The notes under the pieces: generated by a model
The model's input: the letters and a program-made list of their open reading frames with translations, nothing else
Database searches by the model: none
What the model was told of the DNA's origin: nothing
From: an uncultured Gammaproteobacteria bacterium
Lineage (GTDB): Bacteria; Patescibacteriota; Microgenomatia; UBA8517
Direction of reading: 5' to 3'
DNA: 64,000 nucleotides
Assembly (NCBI GenBank): GCA_964541395.1
Contig: CAZIPM010000002.1
Span: 41,309-105,308, forward strand
Made by a program: the position numbers and the translations under genes
Shown: positions 56,371 through 64,000 of the stretch, one piece after another
How positions within the stretch are numbered: the first letter of the stretch is position 1
Layout of the letters: every line of letters begins with the position of its first letter

Positions 56371-57023
56371 TAATCTTCCTCCTTTTTATGTATCCAAACT
56401 TTGACACCAACATAACCTCTATTCGTTAAAGCAGGTACCTGTCCATAATCTATTTCTTCCCTTAAGGTTTGTGTTGGAACGGATCCCAGGTGGAATTTTT
56501 CAACTCTTGAAATATCAGCGCCGTTAATACGACCACCCAAAAATATTTTTACACCCTTACCTCCTCCTGCCATAACTCTCTCCATGGCTTTGGTAACCGA
56601 TCTTCTGTGAGGAATTCTTCTTTCCAAATCACCGGCTATCCTGGTGGCTACCAAAAAAGCTGAGGTTTCGGCATTTTTTATCTCATTGACCCGAAGGTCA
56701 ATTTTTATATCTTTAACCTTAACTTTTCTAAGTTTGTTCATTACTTCAACAATTAATTTTTTGACATCCTCAATACCCGATCCTCCCCGTCCGATTACCA
56801 CTCCCGGTCTTGAAACCCAAACAATGACAACCATACTTTTGGGTAGTCTTTCAATTTCAACTTTCGTAATTCCTGCAAGTGCAAGTCTTTTCATTAGGAC
56901 ATCTCTAATACCTATGTCTTCAATCAGGTTGTTTTTATAAGTTCCCGAATCGGCAAACCACCTTGATCCCCAAGGTATCATTCTGCCGACTCTAAAACCG
57001 ATTGGATTGACTTTATGACTCAT
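56370..57023 (-). CDS. rpsC: 30S ribosomal protein S3
   Basis: KH domain, MSHKVNPIGFR. Confidence 0.9.
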   Translation of the reverse strand: MSHKVNPIGFRVGRMIPWGSRWFADSGTYKNNLIEDIGIRDVLMKRLALAGITKVEIERLPKSMVVIVWVSRPGVVIGRGGSGIEDVKKLIVEVMNKLRKVKVKDIKIDLRVNEIKNAETSAFLVATRIAGDLERRIPHRRSVTKAMERVMAGGGKGVKIFLGGRINGADISRVEKFHLGSVPTQTLREEIDYGQVPALTNRGYVGVKVWIHKKEED

Positions 57024-57453
57024 TTTTTTTGATTACTTTCTTTACTGTCTTTTTCTTTTCATCTGTTCTTGCTTTTACTGCTGACACTTTTTCTGTTTTC
57101 TCTGATTTTTTATTTTTAATTGTGTCATCTGATTTGAGAACTATCCTAATATGGCTCATTCTTTTTTTTATGGGATGCCATCTACCCCTTGAGACCGGCA
57201 TTCCTCTTTTAAGTCTTGGTCCTTCACCTATCTGAATCTCCTTAAAACTTAATTTAGTAATATCAACATTTTTATTATTCGCATTGGCAACTGCAGACTT
57301 AATCACTTTAGCCAAAGTTTCACTGGCTCGTCTTTTGATGAAAGGTAAAACTTCCAAGGCTCTTTTGGGTGTTAGTTTTTTAATAACTTCAACTACCGGT
57401 CTGATTTTCCTCGGACTAAGTAGTAAATATTTTTGTTCTGCTTTAAATTCCAT
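57013..57453 (-). CDS. rplV: 50S ribosomal protein L22 (C-terminal Lys-rich extension)
   Basis: L22 core plus KKxxK tail. Confidence 0.85.
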   Translation of the reverse strand: MEFKAEQKYLLLSPRKIRPVVEVIKKLTPKRALEVLPFIKRRASETLAKVIKSAVANANNKNVDITKLSFKEIQIGEGPRLKRGMPVSRGRWHPIKKRMSHIRIVLKSDDTIKNKKSEKTEKVSAVKARTDEKKKTVKKVIKKNES

Positions 57454-57485
57454 ATTTTTTAAGTTTTACGATACAAATTGAACCG

Positions 57486-57767
57486 TTAGGTCTTATCCAT
57501 AGTTCTTTTAACAACTTCTCCGTGTCCTTTAAATGTTCTTGTCGGGGAAAACTCACCCAAACGGTGCCCTACCATATCTTCTGTGACAAAAACCAAGACA
57601 AAGATCCTACCGTTATGTACCTGGAAATATTTATTAACAAACTGAGGCGGTATCTGACAATTTCTCGACCAGGTTTTAACAGGTTTTTCCTTCACACCAA
57701 GTCCGGCATCTAATTTCTTTAGAAGCCTCTCGTCTACATATGGTCCTTTTCTGCTTGATCTGCTCAT
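57486..57767 (-). CDS. rpsS: 30S ribosomal protein S19
   Basis: [11 protein letters not shown]... Confidence 0.9.
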   Translation of the reverse strand: MSRSSRKGPYVDERLLKKLDAGLGVKEKPVKTWSRNCQIPPQFVNKYFQVHNGRIFVLVFVTEDMVGHRLGEFSPTRTFKGHGEVVKRTMDKT

Positions 57768-57792
57768 ATTTATATTTTATTTAAGCCTAAGC

Positions 57793-58539
57793 TTATTTTT
57801 TCCCTCTCTTTCTTCCTTCAATAATTAATCCGTCTGAATACTTTTTTGGTATTCTCGTCTTACCCACTGCTTTTTTACCCCAAGGTGTTTTAGGATACTT
57901 AAGTCCTACTCTGCTTCTGCCTTCTCCACCTCCGTGAGGATGTGCATGTGGATGCATGGCTACTCCTCGGACAGTCGGTCTAATTCCTCTTCTTCTGTTT
58001 GATCCCGCATTTCTTAACCTAATATTTTTATCATCTACGTTGCCAACCTGACCGATCGTTGCCCAAGCAAGTGGTGAAAATCTTCTGATTTCACCTGATG
58101 GCATTTTAATTAAAACAGACGTCTCGTCTTTTCCAAAGACGTAAGCTACAACTCCTGCTCCTCTGGCTATTTGTCCTCCAAATCCTGGTTTAATTTCCAA
58201 ATTATGTATCTGTGTTCCTACAGGAATCTTACCCAATGGCAGACAATTACCCACTTCAATGCTTGCTGCATCGGAGGCAATAACTTTACTTCCGACCTTT
58301 AAGCCGTTGGGGGCTATTATATAACACCTTACTCCATCTTCATAAACCAAAAGGGCTATATCGGCATTCCGGTTCGGATCGTATTCCAATACTTCAACTT
58401 TTGCCCAGACATCCTTTTTGGCTCTCTTAAAGTCAATTTCTCTCAAAAATCTCTTCATTCTGCCACCTTGATGCCTAACGGTAATAGTTCCGCTGCTTCT
58501 TCCTGAATGCTTTTGTAATAAATTTCTTAATTTTTTCAT
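57793..58539 (-). CDS. rplB: 50S ribosomal protein L2
   Basis: GVAMHPHAHPHGGGEG. Confidence 0.9.
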   Translation of the reverse strand: MKKLRNLLQKHSGRSSGTITVRHQGGRMKRFLREIDFKRAKKDVWAKVEVLEYDPNRNADIALLVYEDGVRCYIIAPNGLKVGSKVIASDAASIEVGNCLPLGKIPVGTQIHNLEIKPGFGGQIARGAGVVAYVFGKDETSVLIKMPSGEIRRFSPLAWATIGQVGNVDDKNIRLRNAGSNRRRGIRPTVRGVAMHPHAHPHGGGEGRSRVGLKYPKTPWGKKAVGKTRIPKKYSDGLIIEGRKRGKK

Positions 58540-58574
58540 ATTTTATTTTTAATTTTTAAATCTTTATCCTCAGT

Positions 58575-58853
58575 TTACTTTTTGACCTCCTCAAAGATTT
58601 CTATCTTATCCTTACCGGATAAAGTAACTAGTGCTTTTTTATGTGCCGGTTTTGTTACAGTTCTACCCCTAAAGTTTCTCTTGACACTTTTTTTGTAATT
58701 TAAAGTTTTGACACTTTCAACTTTAACTCCGAACATGTCTCCAACCAGTTTTTTAATCTGACTTTTACTAAGTGATGGTAATACCCAGAAGGAATAAACC
58801 CCGTCTTTGGCTACTTTCATACTTTTTTCAGTAAAAATAGGTGTTAAGTTCAT
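58575..58853 (-). CDS. rplW: 50S ribosomal protein L23
   Basis: 92 aa; L23 fold. Confidence 0.85.
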   Translation of the reverse strand: MNLTPIFTEKSMKVAKDGVYSFWVLPSLSKSQIKKLVGDMFGVKVESVKTLNYKKSVKRNFRGRTVTKPAHKKALVTLSGKDKIEIFEEVKK

Positions 58854-59503
58854 TTAATTTTTTTAGAAGCAGTTTTAACACGCTTCTCTCCTTTCTTTTC
58901 AAAGACGCTAGCGTCAAAAACCACAAAACCTGCTCTTAAAAGAATAAATGCATTTAGATCTTTATACAAAACTGCCCTTACTTTTTCTATATTCTTAAAA
59001 AACTTTAAGGAAGTTGCAGCCTCATCTGGCAAAACTGCCAAAATTGTTGATTTAACTTCCATTTTCTGCCTGATCTTTGATAAAACTTTTACTGCTTCCG
59101 CTGTCTTTTTAACATTGGAAAGACTCTCGGCTACTACAGCCCTTTTATTACTAACTACAAATGAAACAGCTGCTGTCAATGCTTTCCTTTTGATTTTTAT
59201 GGGTAAAGTTAAAACTTTTTTAACTCCTTTGGGACCATGAGCTTTTCCTCCACCTACAAAGATAGGTGCTGACTTGGCACCATGTCTGGCTCCACCTGTT
59301 CCTTTTTGTTTGTAGACTTTTTTCTTGGTCATGTCTACTTCACCTCTGGTCTTCACCTTTGCAAACCCAAAGTGGGTTCTATCTTCATATACTCTGATTG
59401 CCTGATCCAAAAGAGCTTGGGAGAATTTGCCGTCGAATTCTTTTGGCATTGTAAAACCAGTATCTCCCGTACCTTTAGCTGTAAATAGTTTTACTTTAAG
59501 CAT
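58850..59503 (-). CDS. rplD: 50S ribosomal protein L4
   Basis: 217 aa; L4 signature. Confidence 0.9.
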   Translation of the reverse strand: MLKVKLFTAKGTGDTGFTMPKEFDGKFSQALLDQAIRVYEDRTHFGFAKVKTRGEVDMTKKKVYKQKGTGGARHGAKSAPIFVGGGKAHGPKGVKKVLTLPIKIKRKALTAAVSFVVSNKRAVVAESLSNVKKTAEAVKVLSKIRQKMEVKSTILAVLPDEAATSLKFFKNIEKVRAVLYKDLNAFILLRAGFVVFDASVFEKKGEKRVKTASKKIK

Positions 59504-60275
59504 TAACTACCTCCTGTTTTGTTTTTGGTTGTTCAGGTGTTTGTCCTGTAGCTTTAGTAGCCGCAGTTTCTTCTCCCAGTTCAGAACTTTCACCCTCAAC
59601 AACCTGAGCTACCGGTGTTTCTTTTTCCAGATCCTTCAAAGAACCTGCAGAAATTCTTTTTATCAAAAGTAATGCTCCGATTCTTCCAGGAATTGCACCT
59701 GAAATTACCAGCTCGTTGGTTTCGTTATCTACTCCAACCACATGAAGGTTTTTGACAGTTACCATAGTTCCACCCATTCGTCCTGCCATTTTTTTGCCTT
59801 TATATACTCTTCCTGGTGTGGTTGTCTGTCCAATTGATCCCGGTGCTCTTTCCCGGTCACTTTGGCCATGGGTTCTGGGTCCTCCGGCAAAACCATACCT
59901 TCTGACTCCTCCCTGGAAACCTTTTCCTTTGGTTACGCCGCTGACCATAACTACATCACCTTTACTAAAAATGTCGGAGATATTAATAACGTCACCAACT
60001 TTAAAATCAGGTTCTTTATCTAGTCTTATTTCTTTTAAATTTCTGGGGTATAACTTGTCTTTTTTATTTTCTTTGAGGTGACCTTGGAGTGATTTGGAAG
60101 TATTCTTGGCTGGTCTTTGATTAAATCCGAGTTGAATTGCCCAGTAACCGTCTTTATCCATATTCCTGATCTGGGTGACCACACAGGGACCGGCTGTAAT
60201 TTTGGTCACTACAACCCGATGGTCATTGATAAAGACCTGTGTCATGTTCCCTTTTGTTCCTAAAATTGTTTTCAT
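59496..60275 (-). CDS. rplC: 50S ribosomal protein L3 (about 55-aa acidic/Lys C-terminal extension)
   Basis: MKTILGTKGNMTQVF; start placed at the ATG at 60275, because the ORF-track N-terminal extension runs into the terminator hairpin. Confidence 0.9.
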   Translation of the reverse strand: MKTILGTKGNMTQVFINDHRVVVTKITAGPCVVTQIRNMDKDGYWAIQLGFNQRPAKNTSKSLQGHLKENKKDKLYPRNLKEIRLDKEPDFKVGDVINISDIFSKGDVVMVSGVTKGKGFQGGVRRYGFAGGPRTHGQSDRERAPGSIGQTTTPGRVYKGKKMAGRMGGTMVTVKNLHVVGVDNETNELVISGAIPGRIGALLLIKRISAGSLKDLEKETPVAQVVEGESSELGEETAATKATGQTPEQPKTKQEVVNA

Positions 60276-60282
60276 TTGTTTT

Positions 60283-60376
60283 ACCAATAAAAAAGCGCCC
60301 AAGGCGCCTTCTTTTGCCTTTCTTCTCGCTTGAGGTCAGCTCGTTACAACCTCCTGCATAATTATGTGCAATTATA
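60283..60376 (-). promoter_or_regulatory. near-consensus sigma70 promoter (TTGTCA, 17-nt spacer, TATAAT) plus an ~85-nt leader holding a 5-bp hairpin that begins at the SD-like GGAGG and an intrinsic-terminator-like hairpin (AAGGCGCC-UUG-GGCGCUU then U6AUU) 10 nt before the rplC ATG: a candidate autoregulatory attenuator
   Basis: plus-strand attata 60371-60376, tgacaa 60394-60399; hairpin aaaagcgcccaaggcgcctt 60289-60308. Confidence 0.5.
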
Positions 60377-60644
60377 TCAAACACTTCCAAGCTTGACAAG
60401 GAGGAGGGGAAGGACAGATTTTCAACAATAATGGCAAAGGACATATTACAAATAACAGAGAATGGAGCTATTAATATAGCCAAAGCAACAAAGAGAACAA
60501 AAGAAATATTATAAACTAGGGGATTAATTCCAGTGAGCAAGATAGGTAATGCAGATAACAATGTTCTCTTCTCACAGATATAAGTCAACCTTTGGCTCAA
60601 CCTAGAGAAACAAAACAACCAATTTAAAACTACACTTTTTAAAA

Positions 60645-60683
60645 GTGACGTATTCTTGACCATTATGATATAATGTATGAATA
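60645..60683 (+). promoter_or_regulatory. extended -10 promoter (GTGACG...TGATATAAT) whose core 16-mer ATGATATAATGTATGA is identical to the rnpB promoter; the predicted start site is at or next to the ATG at 60684 (leaderless)
   Basis: Direct comparison of 60664-60679 (plus) with the minus strand of 27678-27693. Confidence 0.45.
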
Positions 60684-60878
60684 ATGGGTACCAGAGTAGA
60701 AGAAAAAGGAGACAGAGATGCAACATTGCTAGAAGCAGAACGACCTGTATTTTTACTTGGACCTCATCGGGATGTTGAAGTTTCTAGTGAAGAATTACAG
60801 ACAGCACAATGGGTTGGCGAACGTCAAGAAAGACATGCTCAACAGGCAACAACCAAACCAATAAATCCTACTTTCTAA
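60684..60878 (+). CDS. hypothetical 64-aa protein, antisense to the ribosomal-protein operon; could instead be the 5' part of a non-coding transcript
   Basis: ORF MGTRVEEKGDRDATLLEAERPVFLLGPHRD...; GC-richer; leaderless start behind the promoter. Confidence 0.3.
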   Translation: MGTRVEEKGDRDATLLEAERPVFLLGPHRDVEVSSEELQTAQWVGERQERHAQQATTKPINPTF

Positions 60879-61086
60879 TCTTTAGTTTTTCGGCATTTTC
60901 TCTAAGAAAGTCAGCTGCCTTTGTAAAATTTTCTTTATATTCCTCGTTATCAGGGTATGCCAAAGTTTTTTGTAAAGCTTCATCAATAGTTAAATCTTCT
61001 CTACAAAGTTCAAGCAAACCTTTTACAGAATTAAATGGCAAATTTAATCGGGATAATTTTTCTCGAAGGAATTCTTCTTCAACCAT
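60868..61086 (-). CDS. hypothetical 72-aa protein inserted between rpsJ and rplC
   Basis: ATG 7 nt after the rpsJ stop; reads MVEEEFLREKLSRLNLPFNSVKGLLELCREDLTIDEALQK...; the ORF-track entry begins 21 codons upstream, inside rpsJ. Confidence 0.4.
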   Translation of the reverse strand: MVEEEFLREKLSRLNLPFNSVKGLLELCREDLTIDEALQKTLAYPDNEEYKENFTKAADFLRENAEKLKIRK

Positions 61087-61093
61087 AGATGTG

Positions 61094-61402
61094 TTACATC
61101 TTAATCTCAATTGAGACTCCTGCAGGAAGATCCAGATTTCCAAGTGCATCTACAGTTCTTGGTGTAGGGTCTAAAATATCAATCAGACGTTTATGGATAA
61201 GCATTTCATAATGTTCCTGGGCATCTTTATCTGTAAAAGGAGACTCTTTAATAACAGTAACTGATCTTTGGGTTGGGAGAGGTGTAGGGCCTGCTACTTT
61301 GGCGCCAGAAGCTAGAGCTGTATCGATAATCTTTGCAGCTGCTTCGTCAATGACTCTATGATCGTAAGCTTTTAGCTTTACTCTTAATCTTAGTCCTGCC
61401 AT
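61094..61402 (-). CDS. rpsJ: 30S ribosomal protein S10
   Basis: 102 aa; S10 signature. Confidence 0.9.
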   Translation of the reverse strand: MAGLRLRVKLKAYDHRVIDEAAAKIIDTALASGAKVAGPTPLPTQRSVTVIKESPFTDKDAQEHYEMLIHKRLIDILDPTPRTVDALGNLDLPAGVSIEIKM

Positions 61403-61449
61403 GTTAGCCCTTTAAGGTGCGACGCCTTGCGGCGGGTATTAAAAAAATA

Positions 61450-62649
61450 TTAAGCAATAATCTTGGTAATCACTCCGGCACCAACCGTGTGACCACCTTC
61501 TCGAATTGCAAATCTAAGTCCTTCTTCCATAGCTACAGGTGCTATTAATTTAACTTTCATCTTGGCAGAATCACCAGGCATAACCATTTCAACACCCTCG
61601 GGTAAGGTACAATCTCCTGTTACATCTGCTGTTCTTATAAAAAACTGTGGTTTGTAACCTGTAAAGAACGGTGTGTGACGTCCGCCTTCATCTTTGGAAA
61701 GAATGTAGACTTCGGCTTCAAACTCGGTATGAGGTGTAACTGTTCCGGCTTTAGCGAGAACCTGTCCTCTTTCAACCTGAGTCTTTTCAATTCCTCGAAG
61801 AAGTACTCCGACGTTATCTCCTGCCATTGCTGAATCAAGAAGTTTTCTGAACATTTCAAGTCCGGTAACTACTGTTTTTTGAGTTGCTTTGATCCCGATT
61901 ATTTCAATCTCTTCGTTAACTTTAACTTCTCCTCGCTCTACTCTTCCCGTAACAACCGTTCCCCTTCCTGAGATAGAAAATACATCTTCAACTGGCATCA
62001 AAAATGGTTTTTCGGTATCGCGGACCGGATCAGGAATAAATTCATCAGCTTTCTTCATAAGTTCAAGAATGCCTTTTTCTGCTTCAGCATCACCCTCTAA
62101 AGCTTTAAGTGCTGAAACTCTGACAATTGGAATTTCGTCTCCGGGGAACTGATATTTTTTAAGGAGTTCTCTGATATCTGATTCAACGAGCTCCAGAAGT
62201 TCCGGATCATCCATTGCATCACATTTGTTAAGTGCAACTATGAGGGCTGGAACATTGACCTGTCTGGCCAAAATAACATGTTCCCTTGTCTGAGGCATGG
62301 GACCGTCTGGAGCAGAGACTACCAAAATAGCTCCATCCATTTGGGCTGCACCTGTAATCATGTTCTTGATGTAATCAGCATGTCCTGGTGCATCAATGTG
62401 GGCATAGTGCCTCTTGTCTGTTTCATACTCAACGTGGGAAATGTTGATGGTAACTCCTCTTTGTTTCTCTTCAGGAGCCGAATCAATCTGATCAAATGCA
62501 TAAGCTTTATTTACTCCTCCGGGAAAAGCTTTTGCCAAAACTGTAGTGATGGCTGCAGTTAAAGTTGTTTTACCATGATCAACATGACCAATGGTACCAA
62601 TATTTACGTGTGGTTTACTTCTGTCAAATTTTTGTTTTGCGTCTGCCAT
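61450..62649 (-). CDS. tuf: elongation factor Tu
   Basis: [18 protein letters not shown]. Confidence 0.95.
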   Translation of the reverse strand: MADAKQKFDRSKPHVNIGTIGHVDHGKTTLTAAITTVLAKAFPGGVNKAYAFDQIDSAPEEKQRGVTINISHVEYETDKRHYAHIDAPGHADYIKNMITGAAQMDGAILVVSAPDGPMPQTREHVILARQVNVPALIVALNKCDAMDDPELLELVESDIRELLKKYQFPGDEIPIVRVSALKALEGDAEAEKGILELMKKADEFIPDPVRDTEKPFLMPVEDVFSISGRGTVVTGRVERGEVKVNEEIEIIGIKATQKTVVTGLEMFRKLLDSAMAGDNVGVLLRGIEKTQVERGQVLAKAGTVTPHTEFEAEVYILSKDEGGRHTPFFTGYKPQFFIRTADVTGDCTLPEGVEMVMPGDSAKMKVKLIAPVAMEEGLRFAIREGGHTVGAGVITKIIA

Positions 62650-62715
62650 GAGTCTTATATTATATTTTGATTCTCTTCAAAAAACAAGAGGCTTAATTCC
62701 GCCTCATGAAGTTGT

Positions 62716-62745
62716 ATTATATTTGAACCTAATCTAAAGTGTCAA
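62716..62745 (-). promoter_or_regulatory. consensus sigma70 promoter for tuf (TTGACA, 18-nt spacer, TATAAT)
   Basis: plus-strand attata 62716-62721, tgtcaa 62740-62745. Confidence 0.5.
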
Positions 62746-62772
62746 GAGTGAATTTAAAACTTTATTGCTTAA

Positions 62773-62997
62773 TTACACTCTATTTCTGTCAAAATTAATT
62801 GGTATATCTGTAACAAATTCTACTTCTCCGGTGATTTCCCTAATGGATAACGCTTCTTCATCTGTCTCAAACTTTTTAGCAACAGCCGGAAATGAAGCTA
62901 TTGCAGCTTCCTTAGTAAAAGCAGCGTAACTTTCATTTCCAAATCCACCATTACCTATTTTTCCTGACTCTAAAACTATAACGTATCCCTTTGCCAT
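62773..62997 (-). CDS. hypothetical 74-aa protein inserted between fusA and tuf
   Basis: ORF MAKGYVIVLESGKIGNGGFGNESYAAF...; same strand as the str operon. Confidence 0.4.
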   Translation of the reverse strand: MAKGYVIVLESGKIGNGGFGNESYAAFTKEAAIASFPAVAKKFETDEEALSIREITGEVEFVTDIPINFDRNRV

Positions 62998-63051
62998 AAT
63001 TGACGTTTATTGTATCCCTTACTTCCAGTAAGTCAAGAAGTGAAATTTAGA

Positions 63052-64000
63052 TTATCCTCTGGCCATTTCAACTTTACCTGCTTTGGCAACAATCTGGGCT
63101 GCTATGTGAGCTGGAACTTCTTCATAATGTGAAGGCTCTACATATGCTCTGGCTCTTCCTTGAGTCAGGGATCTTAATTTGGTCGCATAACCTGAAAGCT
63201 CTGCCAAAGGGGCTGTAGCATAGATAACTGTTTCTCCTGCTTTATCTTCAGATCCTGAAATAGAAGCACGTTTACTGGAAAGGTCCCCCATAACATCACC
63301 CATGTACTCACCTGGGGTAAAGACTTCAACCTTCATGATAGGTTCAAGAAGAATCATGTCGGCTTTCTTAACTGCATCTTCAACCCCTAATGATCCGGCA
63401 ATCTTAAAAGCCATTTCCGAAGAATCAACATCGTGGAAGGTTCCGTCATAGACGGTAACTTTGACATCAACCATCGGATAGCCTGCCATAATACCGTTTT
63501 CAAGTTTTTCTTTGGCACCTTTTTCTATGGCAGGTATGTACTCCTGGGGAATTGACCCACCTTTAATTTCACTCTTAAACTCAAATCCTTCTCCTCTTCC
63601 TCTGGGTTCAACTTTGATATAACAATGACCATACTGCCCCCGTCCTCCAGTTTGCCTGATGTACTTCCCTTCACCTTCTGCATATTTTTTGATAGTTTCT
63701 TTATAGGCTACCTGTGGGGCACCAGTTGTGGCTATAACATTAAATTCCCTCTTCATTCTGTCTACCAATACTTCAAGCTGTAATTCACCCATTCCCGCGA
63801 TAATTGTTTGTCCTGTTTCCGGATTGGATTTAATTCTGAAGGTTGGATCTTCATCTGATAGTTTATTTAGTGCCAAACCCATTTTTTCCTGATCCGATTT
63901 GGTTGCAGGTTCAATAGCCAGTGAAATAACTGGTTCAGGGAAAGTAATAGATTCAAGATGAATAGGATGGGCTGGGTCACAAATGGTATGACCAGTAGTT
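63052..64000 (-). CDS. fusA: elongation factor G, C-terminal part (the gene continues beyond the window end)
   Basis: The ORF-track fragment, plus my own translation upstream (…[37 protein letters not shown]…), is EF-G domain IV/V. Confidence 0.9.
   Translation of the reverse strand, partial: TTGHTICDPAHPIHLESITFPEPVISLAIEPATKSDQEKMGLALNKLSDEDPTFRIKSNPETGQTIIAGMGELQLEVLVDRMKREFNVIATTGAPQVAYKETIKKYAEGEGKYIRQTGGRGQYGHCYIKVEPRGRGEGFEFKSEIKGGSIPQEYIPAIEKGAKEKLENGIMAGYPMVDVKVTVYDGTFHDVDSSEMAFKIAGSLGVEDAVKKADMILLEPIMKVEVFTPGEYMGDVMGDLSSKRASISGSEDKAGETVIYATAPLAELSGYATKLRSLTQGRARAYVEPSHYEEVPAHIAAQIVAKAGKVEMARG

Noticed and set aside
60223-60726. 167-aa minus-strand ORF overlapping the rplC start
   Set aside because: It is a read-through of a pyrimidine-rich strand (Leu/Phe/Ser low-complexity composition). 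It passes through the terminator hairpin and the promoter, and it overlaps the true rplC start.
60907-60922. Near-palindrome AAAGTCAGCTGCCTTT
   Set aside because: It is imperfect, lies inside the 72-aa ORF, and may be a chance site around the palindromic CAGCTG, so I did not call it an operator.
1-64000. Searched for rRNA, tmRNA and CRISPR
   Set aside because: No rRNA-like conserved segments, no tRNA-like 3' domain beyond the two tRNAs, and no regularly spaced direct repeats with unique spacers were seen.

Overview
The window is a low-GC (~35%) stretch of a small bacterial genome, most likely a Candidate Phyla Radiation (Patescibacteria-like) organism. That placement is an inference from two things I can see: rpmD (L30) is missing from a ribosomal cluster that otherwise keeps the standard gene order, and several of the proteins are unusual domain fusions.

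Known genes (minus strand unless noted):
- Translation core, 43.7-64 kb: fusA(partial)-[small ORF]-tuf-rpsJ-[~800 bp insertion]-rplC-D-W-B-rpsS-rplV-rpsC-rplP-rpmC-rpsQ-rplN-X-E-rpsZ-rpsH-rplF-R-rpsE-rplO-secY-[2 paralogous membrane ORFs]-adk-map-infA-rpmJ-rpsM-K-D-rpoA-rplQ-M-rpsI.
- Housekeeping genes upstream of that, 10.9-42.7 kb: gltX, a dacA-like carboxypeptidase, aspS carrying a C-terminal YbaK-like deacylase domain, recJ, cca (+ strand), secDF, an nth-like glycosylase, dtd, miaA, two ABC transporters, hup, rny, recX-recA and a NUDIX hydrolase.

RNA genes (the ORF track cannot show these):
- RNase P RNA (rnpB) at about 27358-27680, minus strand, with its own extended -10 promoter and terminator.
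- tRNA-Gln(CUG) at 5629-5702, minus strand.
- tRNA-Pro(GGG) at 37821-37891, minus strand.

Accessory content in the first ~5.7 kb:
- A compact integrative-element-like region: a small-terminase-like helix-turn-helix (HTH) protein, small ORFs, repeats and hairpins, and a large serine recombinase whose 3' end overlaps tRNA-Gln.
- To its left, a tight three-gene operon: Ser-hydrolase, then an Ldh_2 dehydrogenase, then an EVE+PD-(D/E)xK nuclease that looks like a Type IV restriction enzyme.

Other things worth noting:
- Lineage-specific insertions in otherwise rigid operons: between rpsJ and rplC (which brings a new promoter and an attenuator-like leader for rplC), between secY and adk, and between fusA and tuf.
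- A three-microprotein cassette between aspS and recJ.
- Two adjacent secreted enzymes with C-terminal dockerin repeats.
- A DUF4258 toxin-like gene.

Every call below comes from reading the sequence and remembered motifs only; no search was run.
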